The translations under genes and the position numbers were made by a program. Shown piece after piece: positions 38,001-48,069 of a DNA stretch of 64,000 bases. Under the pieces are notes generated by a model, which saw nothing but the letters and a program-made list of their open reading frames with translations, was not told the origin of the DNA and did no database searches. Origin of the DNA: Azolla caroliniana (lineage: Eukaryota > Plantae > Polypodiophyta); NCBI GenBank assembly GCA_043228905.1, contig JBHGNT010000009.1:1860001-1924000 (forward strand). Direction: 5' to 3'. Numbering within the stretch: the first letter of the stretch is position 1; each line of letters begins with the position of its first letter.

Positions 38001-40899
38001 AAAGGGTTAGGATCTAGGAAAATCTACTTCTCTAACCTAGCAATGACCCTAATGGGTTTTTGGGAGGCTAGTTGCATAACTTATCTTTGTTATATGCCAC
38101 TTAGATTTCTATTGTAAAATTTTAGGAAAACTTGTACATGAATTTGGTTCAAGAAGAGGAGAAAGGAATCTAGAGAATTGGGGAAAACGGAACTTAGAAG
38201 CTAACATTTTAACAAGGTTTTTTGCAAGCAGTAATATTGGAGTACACATCTCCAGATTCCATGAATAGAATGCCTTGCGATTGGGCAACACTCTAGCTTC
38301 AGAAAGTTCCTGTAGGAATCGACAAACGGTTCGGTAGTGGTTGGTAACTTATCCATTATGTTTCAATCGATCTAAATATATTGATGATCTACTCTTTAGA
38401 TCTACCGGTTATGCACCATGACTTGCTTCGTATAGAATGCTATGTTCATACCAAATACATATTTCTAGGGTTAGCACAATAAATTTGGACAGATTCCTTG
38501 AAGTTATCGAGGATTTCTTGAGCCAAATGACTTCAACATTTGTGCACCCCTATACTCAACAATTGTGCTTAATAAAGCCATATGTGGTCACTTCTTGCAA
38601 CTCTTTGAGATGGTTTCTTCCAAAGGTGAAACAAAATACTGATTTCGATTTTCGATCATTATATTACTAACTCGATTGATGTTAATTGCGTAACCCTTTA
38701 GTCAAACTAGAACTCTTGCTTCATAGAAGTTGTGATGGTCCACAATTACACATACAATCCAATTGCATGTCCAATTCGCTTATCACAATCTAAGTGCATG
38801 TCACATTGCGCTTGTAGGAAATAGATAAGAAGATTGGCATTGTAGAGAAGGTTAGAGTAAGAGATAATTAGCAGATGGGCTTTTAAATTTTCGATACGTT
38901 ATCAAATTTTGAATAATAAAGGTTAAGTAACTTGGCATTTTTAAGTAGTAGTTAAGCGGGCTTTTATTATCTTGTAATCTTTATGTCAAAATAAACAATA
39001 TGTTCAAAATTTAATTGTTCATTTTGGTGGTTGTCTTACCTAAACTTACAGTGGAAACACCTCATTGGTTCATTTTATTGAGGCTTGGGTAGAGTAACCC
39101 CATTTGGATGGCAATTCAGGTGTATGAGAGCAATTGACATTATCAACTACATTGATCGAGTAGGCTACACTTGGAAAATTATGAATTAAAGGTCCAACAC
39201 CCCTCTTCTTATAATAACGTTGTTCAAGTGCCGTCGAGTCATCATACCATGTAGGGTGTAGGGAAGGAACGATGTCACGTAGAGAAGCGCACATATGTGC
39301 TACTCGAGCTAGACCACACGGGAACTGAACCTGGGGGGGGGGGGGCATTCACCAAGTCAAAAGATTCTTTTGACCACTTCGTTGTTCTCTTTGCGTGGCG
39401 ACAATGTGAACATAGGAGATGATGTTAAGAAAGGAGTTATCGCAAATGTAAGCGATGATGCAAACGAAGAGTCGATGAACAAAGGAGTTGACACGAATGA
39501 AAGACGAAGATGCGAACGTAGGGGTCCAGGTAAACGATGGTACACTTGAGAAGAAGATGAAAATGACGATAAAGAACCCTAGATATTCACGAAGAAGAAG
39601 AAAAAAATACAACCCTAAAAACCTCAAGTATGTTCCAAACCACAAAATGAGAGAGTTCAAAATAAGTCCCCTTCTCTTTTTAAAGAAAAAGAGGCACCTA
39701 TTTTTTACATCAAATGCTTTTTTTTCTACTTTTTTTTATAAAGAAAGAGGTAACTGTTTTTTATGTCAAATGCTTAGTTTTCTCTTTTTGTCTCAAAATT
39801 GCAAAAAGGAAACAATTCCCTAATACAAACTACCAACGATTCAAAATCTACACCTTTTGTTAATAGTTAATGACCCTAACAATTTACAACTAAACCACTT
39901 TTATTTATTAAGTACATCTTTTTAACTGTCTATATGTTGTTATAATTGTGGATGTACCCCCTTTTTATCCACTTTCTACACTTTCTACCTATGAGCACGC
40001 CATATCATGACATCCACGACCATCAAACCGCACATCATTCGGCATATGGCAAAAAGAGAAAATGATTGGCGGCGACGAAGGTAGTGAGCTTTCCATTTCT
40101 TCATTTCCTACATCTCGCCTTCATCGTCTTTGTTCCTCCATCTTGACCACATTGTTGTGTAAACGCATTGTCGTGATGTGGCATGCTGAAGGTGGGAAAC
40201 GTAGGTGAAAACGAGGTAAGGGATGGTGTGAAGGCATGGGAGAAAAAGTAAGAAAGAGGAGAGATGCAAGAATGTGTGAAACAAAAGAGAGAGAAAAGGA
40301 GATAGACTATGCACATATACTTATGTAAATAATTATATAATAAAGAAAAGTAAATGGTCAATGGCTCGCCATTGACTTAGTACTAGAGCTTCGGAGTTCA
40401 AATCTCCGACAGTGCAGTGTGGATTAAGGAAACTTTTTTCCTTTCCCTCCTTTCAAAAAGTGGAGACGGAATATATGCATTAAATGCAAATGTGGCACCC
40501 CCTCCCCCTTTCCCTATAAAAGGAGTAGAGGGCCCATTTTCGGTCTTCATTTTTTGGGGAGGAGATTTTGGCCATTTTGTTTTGAGAGCTCTTCTTCTTC
40601 ATCATCTTCTTTGTCTCCTATATTTGTGAGTTCGTTGTTGTCAGTTCATGTGCTTGTATTCAGTTGTTGTCTTCGGTGTACGTGTGCTTGTCATTTGGTT
40701 TTCGAGTATAGCCTTTGTTGCGAAGGGCATATACTATTTTGCTCCATTTGTCTCCTTACTCCTGTTGAGCTTGTGGATAACTAGAAGTTGCCACTTTGTA
40801 ACCCCCCTCATCTCTTTCCTTCTTTTAATCAAAAAGCCTATTTTGTAAAAGGGCACTCTTGCGTTATCATTGTGTGTTTGTTTTTTTTTCCATCCATTT

Positions 40900-41225
40900 G
40901 TGCTTTGTGTGTTTATTTTCTTCTTGTGCGTTCGGAAGTCTTGTGACTAGGGAGCGTTTCAGGCTTGACCATGCACCTCTCCTCTTTGCAAAGGAGTTCA
41001 AACATTCGTGCTTTGTGTGTTCGTCTCTTTCCTGTGCGTTCAGACGCCTTGTGACTAGGGTGCATTTTAGGCCTACCCATGCACTGCTCCTCTTCACAAA
41101 GGCGTTTGAACATCCGTGTTTGTGTGTTAGTCTTCATCTTGTGCGTTCGTTCACCTCGTGACTAGGGGAGCGTTTGGGGCTTGCCCATGCACCTCTCCCT
41201 TCGCAAAGGCATTCGGACATTTGTG
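40900..41225. repeat. Three ~108-bp tandem repeats
   Basis: TGTGCGTTC...GTGACTAGGG...CCATGCAC...CAAAGG recurs at ~40925, 41034, 41140. Confidence 0.85.
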
Positions 41226-41439
41226 CTTATGTGTTAACGTTTCCCTCGTGCATTAGCAGATATAACTTTAGGAGATACATATCAGATGGTGGGGAGGGGA
41301 ATTATAAAGTTTTAGCCCAATTAAATAATATAAGCTTCAATCACATTTTCTTAATAAAGAAAACTGTTTTAATTGGTTGTACATTGTTATATGCAAAGCA
41401 CTATTCATCTTCTCCATGTTGTGAGCTTGAATGTGGTTG

Positions 41440-42393
41440 TCAATTCTTGCTTCATATGCCATCTACTACAATTTATGGTGCAACACAAATGGTAATTGAG
41501 ACAAAACAGGAATTGCACAGTGTTTTGGTAGATGAACAGAAGAGTTGTTGGATGCAAGCCTTAAAAGATAAAAGGAAGCATATTGATAATGCAAAGAAGT
41601 ATGCTGCACAACAAGATACGTCATGGTGGGACGACTTCTTCATTGATCAAGAAAAAATTATTGATAATTGTGTTGCTGGTAGTTGGACATTGGAAATGCC
41701 ATTTACATGGTCTATGTACAACATTCTGGTGGCTCACAATCACCAATTCATGCACCCAATGGGAATATAGAGAATTTGCTTCATCCACAACAAAGGAACA
41801 ATTATGTGGGACCAAGATTGACAAAAGCAACAAAATCTAGGTGGCAAGGAAATTTACAAGAGCTTAACGTTGGGATGTTAATTGTGACACCTGCAGATGT
41901 CAATGACCTCGGGCACCAATTTTGGATTGGTAAAGTGTTGGATGTGATGATGCATGAAGACCAAAATGAGATCGACTCTATAAAGATGCATTGGTACAAC
42001 ACTAGAAGTAAAAATGCATTTACTGTCAAATATACTTTAGAGATGTTGGAATGCCCAAGGTCAAGGGGAAACAGAAAGAGGAAAAGAAATATCCGTAATA
42101 CATCGATCCTTGACATTACTGAAGTGGATATTATTGTGTATGACTTTACGTTGACAAAAGCTAGACATTTAAGGAAAACAACGATAGATATAATAAAGGA
42201 GAAATTACCAGTTCTACAAGGTGTCTCTGATCGAGGGAGAACTAGATCAACAACTCATAATTTAGAGTCACACCATATGGTTTTAGATGAGGATAATGTT
42301 TTGATTGGAACATCTGAAGATGAAGAGGATCAATCACCATTGTATATTAGCTATAGTAATGATGCTCATGAAAGGAGTGATGGAAGAGTTTAA
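41440..42393 (+). other. Unassigned coding fragment, probably DNA-transposon derived (BAH/Tudor-like beta domain)
   Basis: ORF 41683-42393 reads LNVGMLIV...FWIGKVLDV...IKMHWY...IIVYDFTLTK, preceded by a frameshifted ORF end (WWDDFF). Family not recognised. Confidence 0.4.
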
Positions 42394-42820
42394 AACACTC
42401 AGAAATGTATATTTTTGGCATAAAGATGTAACAAATACAATTTTGTAAGAACTCGAGTGGTATAAAAGTTAATTATTTTTGATAACATAAACTCCTTAAA
42501 TTGAGTGGACATTAGAAAACCATTACTTTTCCTTTTTCCGGGAAAAATTACGTTATATAACTTTTTGAATTTGTCCCAAATTTACGTATTTTCAATGTTT
42601 CAAAATGGTTAAATTTTGAGCTTTTTAAACATCTTTTTGAATATTTATGATATTGGTATCAATGTATTTTGTGAAGTGGATATAAAAGCCACAAAATCAA
42701 GAGGAATATTCCTTATCCTTCCATTTATGCGCAATCCTTCCACTTGTGAACGTGAACATATTGCTAGTCCTTTTTGTCTTGTTGCCCAAAGCTCGACGAC
42801 CCCCAAACCACGACGAGCGT

Positions 42821-45800
42821 TGTCCCGTTGTTACGCGCGTGTGTGTAGAAGGGGCGGGACCACGGGGGTCTTGGACTAGGGAGTAGAGGAGAAAGAATAA
42901 GATATGAGAAATGGAAGCTTAACACCGGATGAGAAGATGAAGAGTAGCACATAAACATAGACCAAAATAGATGGAAGCAAGATCCACAACAAGATATATT
43001 AAAACGAACGATTGATTACAACGATGGTGGCCGCATGGACCGCACCAAAACTATGAGAAAACCCTAACCGGGGATGAACAAGGAGACCCTAAACGAAACC
43101 CTAACCCTAAAACGGTAAGAACTCTACACTAAGTGGTATACCTTTCATACGCAAAATAGGCAACCCTTCATAAGTGACCCCTCCCCTCCTTTTATAGCCC
43201 AAGGAGGGAGGGACCTTACAATGTGGGACAAAATTTTCCCTTTTATTTCTATACACCATTTCCTAGTACACGTGTGCACATGTTGCACACCACCGACTTG
43301 CCCTTTCTACCCCGGTTTCCGCCTATGGACGAAAATCTTCACGACATCCGCCCCCACCAAACCGCACATCCACCGGTATGTGCCAGGAAGGGGAAATAGG
43401 TGAGATCTTCGGCCATGGCAGTCAACCGAGTCCTTAACGTCTTTTTCAGCTTTGCCCGACTTCGTCTCCCACTTCGAGCAAGCCCATCCGTCCCACATCG
43501 ACCACCGTAGCCTCCCAGTCCGCCTTATCTGTCGTATGCTCTCGAATCGTTGGCTCCATCCGATCCACCATACTCGACGGAGTTCGCCGAACCATTGTCT
43601 CCGCCCGATCCGCCAGACTTGATCTTCGCATGCCTCTCTTCGGCTTCCTTCATTTTTCGCCTACGACCTTAGGCCGAATCCTCATTCTTCCCGACTGTTT
43701 GCCGGATATTGCACCGTGTGCTCTTCGTCCAGGCTTGTCTCACCTCGGCCGCTTCCTCGACTCGGCACTGACACGCACCGAACTTCGTTGTCGATTATCC
43801 TCGTGCTCGTCGCTCGACCCTTACGCGGCCACATCGCACGTCTCGCACTCCGCTCCACTCTGTGTACCCTTTCGAAAAGGTACGTTGCTTCCCTGACATC
43901 CGAGTCGATGCTCTCGTCTTCGGTGTCCTCCGCAACCTCCGATGTTGCCGCTTCGCCCCGAGGTACACCCTCTTGGTTCGCCTCGTATGTCCTCCGGATG
44001 CGCTCCGGATCTCTCCGATCGCACTCCGGTTTCCGCCCTTTGCGTGCCGCTCCTTTGGTTTTATCATCTCCGCATGCCGAACACCTCGATGTGTCGACTC
44101 TTCCCGTTCCGCGCTTGCCTCCCATAGGCTTCCTCCGGCTGTCATCGTCGGTCACTCGTTGTGGCTCCTCTGAATGCACGCTCATTCTTTGGTCCTTAGG
44201 TGACCCCATTACGTGCACCTCGATTCTCCCTTGCTCTCCGTGCTCTCTCATAGTAGAGTGTATCGTCATCCCGACCTTCGTGTCGGGGTCCTTCGCGGCT
44301 CTCATTACCGCTTCATCCCGACTTGCATCCTCTTGGCCCGCTTGGCCTTGCACGTCCCCCGGGACACCACTTTTTCTCTCCTCGGTGCGTAGTTCTTTGC
44401 TCTCCACGCACCATCCTCCGCTCTCGTCGTTCATCTGCCGATCCCGACAACTCATCGCTTCGTCTCTTGCCGCGTGCTTGCCTCTCAAAGGCTCGACTGG
44501 TCTGCCGTTGCCGGTCACTCGTTGCCGCTCTTCCGGGTACATGCTCGTTTCTTGGCCCTTTGCCGGCCGTAGTGCATGCTCCATTTTACGCCGTAATGCA
44601 TGCTTCGTGTAACACGCTTCTCCCGTTGTACTCCCGAACTCCGCGTTGGCCTCTTCGCCCTTCGTTGCTGTAGCGCCTTCCGACTCCGGCTTATTGTCTT
44701 GGGCCCCCTCGTCCGTCATTCCGTATCGGATACCCGTTCCGATATCCTCGTCCGCTCCGGCTTCCGACTCGTCGCCGCCACCCGCCGTCTCTTTGGTCTT
44801 ACGTCGATCCGCAACCGCCAAAGTCTCAAGGACAGATGTGGAGGGCTCCTCTCGCTCTTGGCCTCCCACCGAGTCGTACTCCTCGTGCATGCTTGGCCTC
44901 CTTCTCACGCTCACTGGCTCCCACCGGGTGTTGTGGCTCGTTCGCCTCGACCTCCAATCATGCTGACTTAGCCTTCGCCCGGATCAGTCTCGGCCGATCG
45001 AGTTCCGGTTTGGTCGGCTCCCTTCCGTAATCGTAACCGGCCGGTACATGTTTGTCCGAACAAATCCGGCCTTGCCAACTCTTCTTTGGTTCGGGCCCGG
45101 TTGACCGGACCCCGCTCCAATCTTCTTCCGCGTCGTCTTCCAGTCATGTCGGATTATCGACCGGTTCATCTTCCGGTCGGGTCGGTTTCCGACTCTCTCC
45201 TCTTTGCCGCTCCCGACCTCTTCGTCGGTCCTTTTGTATATGCCTGTTCCGGGCCTCGCATCCTCATCTTCGTACGTGTTCGCTCCGGGCCACGCCTCCT
45301 CACGGCCACCGCACTTCTCTCCGGTCTTATGTTGGCATTCGAGCGCAACCACCGTAGTCTCCGGTCTCGGTGTTGAGGGGTCTCTCCTCCGTCCGCTATG
45401 ACCTTCCTCGTCGTCGTTTCGATCGTCCGCTTTGCCGCCGCCACCTTCCGTCTCTCTGGTCTCACGTGGGCTCTCGGGGCCGACCGCCGACGTCTCTAGA
45501 ATAGGTGCGGGAAAAGTCTCGGTACCATCACTCGCCGATGTCATGTTTGTAGCCACCTTCGTTCGTACGCCGTGGTCCGTGGCTATCTCGTCCCCGGTTA
45601 CGCAAGCCTCGGTTATGCTTGCTACCTTGTCGTCCTTGTCGTCGTCTCGGTTGCCCGCCTTGCCGCCGCCACCGCCTGTCGCTCTAGGACTCACGCCGGC
45701 TATTGGGCCGACCGCCGGAGCCTCTAGGACCGGTGTGTGTAAGGTCGCGGCACCGCCGCTTGTCTCCTCCCCACTCGATGTTTCGGGCCCCCATGTCCTA

Positions 45801-46993
45801 AATCCGTAGTTACCGGCCTCTATGGCCGTCCCTTCACCGCAAGGCAAGAGGGTCGCTTGCTCCACACCCTCTCCCATGTCACCGTCGTACTCTCTCCCGG
45901 CCTCCGTATAGGCCCCGTCTTCTACGCTTAGGGAGGCTTCTTCCTCCGCATCCTTCGATCGCCTCTGGCCCGACTCCACAATAAGCCCTTCTTCGGCTTC
46001 AATTTTCGCCTTCACAAGCTCGCATGCCTCCCGTATTAGCACTTCTAGGTCGAGCTCCTCCGAACCGTTTTGCGTTGAGCTCTCTTCCGGCGGTAGTGCG
46101 TAGTCACTCGCCGCTCTCTCTTCTTCGCCACTCCCGGGCCGTGTTGTGGCCGACTGCCTCGCATCATGTTGCCGGCACACCCATTCCACCTCGGACCACT
46201 CCTCGGTGAGACCATGCATTCCATAATCATCTTGAAGCTCAAATAAGATGTCCACCCTCTCCTCTTGATGGATCGTCTTCAAAAATAGGAGGACTTTGTC
46301 CGCCCCCACCGATCTCCGATCTCGCTCCGAGAGTTGAGAGAAACGATGCTCGAACTCTCGGAATGCATCCATCGCACTTCGATGGCGTTCCATCGACGCC
46401 GCCCATCGGTCCAACTCCTGCCGACCTCGCCCCTCTGGTTTTGCATACCCGTACGCTTCCAATAGGGCTCCCTCCAAGGACACCCATGACTCGTGAGCTT
46501 CTTGTAGCTCTTTGACCTCCTTGTTCACCGATACGGTCGCCACTCGAGGAAAATACTCTAGCCACATCGCCTCATCCACGCCCCCTTTCGCCATCTCGGC
46601 CTTGTAGGCTCCCAAAATTTTTGGGACCTCATTCCCATTGAACCGATCGACTCGATCGACCACCCTTTCGACGACTTGTTGAGCCGCATCTCGCTTCGCC
46701 ATCTTCCGTCCGGCTTCCATCACGATCTTTGCCATCATCTCCTCGAAGTCGAAGTCTTCTTCCATCTCCATGCTCCCTTGCCACCCTTCACGTCGGGTTC
46801 ACCAAAGATGTCACGTTGTTACGTGCATGCATGTAGAAGGGGCGGGACCACAGGGGTCTTGGACTAGGGAGTAGAGGAGAAAGAATAAGATATAAGAAAT
46901 GGAAGCTTAACACCGGATGAGAAGATGAAGAGTAGCACATAAGCATAGACCAAAATAGATGGAAGCAAGATCCACAACAAGATATATTAAAAG
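42821..46993 (-). mobile_element. GC-rich pol-less LTR element X: 3' LTR 42821-43346, PPT from 43347, tRNA-Trp PBS 46787-46804, 5' LTR from 46809 truncated by a chromovirus
   Basis: TGTC...GACA LTR ends; 42821-43004 is nearly identical to 46809-46992; TTCACGTCGGGTTCACCA matches the 3' end of plant tRNA-Trp; no RT or IN motifs. Confidence 0.85.
44984..46771 (-). CDS. Gag-like ORF (595 aa) of element X with a low-complexity C-terminal half
   Basis: Begins just after the PBS. RFNGNEV..ILGAYKAEM...W...LLEAYG is capsid-like and homologous to 55242-55852. Confidence 0.6.
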   Translation of the reverse strand: MEMEEDFDFEEMMAKIVMEAGRKMAKRDAAQQVVERVVDRVDRFNGNEVPKILGAYKAEMAKGGVDEAMWLEYFPRVATVSVNKEVKELQEAHESWVSLEGALLEAYGYAKPEGRGRQELDRWAASMERHRSAMDAFREFEHRFSQLSERDRRSVGADKVLLFLKTIHQEERVDILFELQDDYGMHGLTEEWSEVEWVCRQHDARQSATTRPGSGEEERAASDYALPPEESSTQNGSEELDLEVLIREACELVKAKIEAEEGLIVESGQRRSKDAEEEASLSVEDGAYTEAGREYDGDMGEGVEQATLLPCGEGTAIEAGNYGFRTWGPETSSGEETSGGAATLHTPVLEAPAVGPIAGVSPRATGGGGGKAGNRDDDKDDKVASITEACVTGDEIATDHGVRTKVATNMTSASDGTETFPAPILETSAVGPESPRETRETEGGGGKADDRNDDEEGHSGRRRDPSTPRPETTVVALECQHKTGEKCGGREEAWPGANTYEDEDARPGTGIYKRTDEEVGSGKEERVGNRPDRKMNRSIIRHDWKTTRKKIGAGSGQPGPNQRRVGKAGFVRTNMYRPVTITEGSRPNRNSIGRD

Positions 46994-47426
46994 TGTCATG
47001 AACACATGACCATTATGGCGTCACCCGGACTTGAACCTCGAACCTTATAATCCATACTGGAAAACCTCAACCATTAAGATAGCTTATTGTTATATGAAAT
47101 AATAAAAGCTACTTCTTATATTACATTGATTATTGTAAAACCTCTAGATTATTCTAGAATGTCCTAGAGCATTCTAGGTCTAGAACATTCTAGAAATCTC
47201 TAAGCTATTTTATAGGAACCTAAAAATAATGGCATACATGTATTCTCAAATCAATTCGAATCAACACCCGTCTTTAGCTCTCATTACATATCTTGTATCC
47301 ATTCTCTTTCTTTCTCTATCTTATACATCCATTCTTCTCTTAGTATTTGGTTCCTTTCTTCTCGTGTTCTCTAATATCCTTCTTCCATCACTCTATCTTT
47401 TATCCTTGGTTCTGACAGTTTGATTC

Positions 47427-47476
<50 letters not shown>

Positions 47477-48069
47477 TCTCTTATCCTCCTTTATAACCAT
47501 CTTGAAACCATGGCTGCCATTAACTCAGAAGAATATCTCACCCTTGTTGCAGAAATGCAGAACCTTAAATCCAAGTTCGCATCTCTTGAAGTAGAGAATC
47601 AACGTCTACTTGGGGATCTACAAAAGGTTACTATAGAGAAGCAACAACAACAAGAGGAGTTCACGTGACGAGTGCAACAGTTAGAGTCGACAATCGTAAT
47701 GTTACAACAACAAAGGGTTGAAGGTCAGGGACTTATCAAGGAGCCCAAAATTTTCCTCCTAGATAAATTTGATGGGTCGAGGGCGCATTGCCGAGGTTTC
47801 TTGAATCAAGTACGGTTGGTGATTCAAATGCATCCCGTGCACTATCTAACAGATGCATCACGAGTCGGGCTAGTGGGCACCTTATTGACTGGCATAGCGT
47901 TGTCGTGGTTTGCTCCATTGCTAGAGACCAATTCTCCTCTATTGAATAATTTCGAGAAATTTAAGGCCTGTTTCGGAGATATTGATGGGGCGAGAACAAC
48001 TATCAACAAGATTCGTACACTTCGTCAAGGTGATCAACCAGCTTCAACATATGCTGCCAATTTCCGTCT
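46994..48069 (+). mobile_element. Chromovirus family 2, copy A (5' LTR 46994-47417, self-priming PBS 47418-47431, truncated gag)
   Basis: TGTCATG...CTGACA LTR; gag MAAINSEEY...EPKIFLLDKFDG...STYAANFRL, then an abrupt junction. Confidence 0.92.

Noticed and set aside
43059-43110. AAACCCTA telomere-like motifs in the X LTR
   Set aside because: Short telo-box-like motifs are common in plant promoters and LTRs; this is not an interstitial telomere array.
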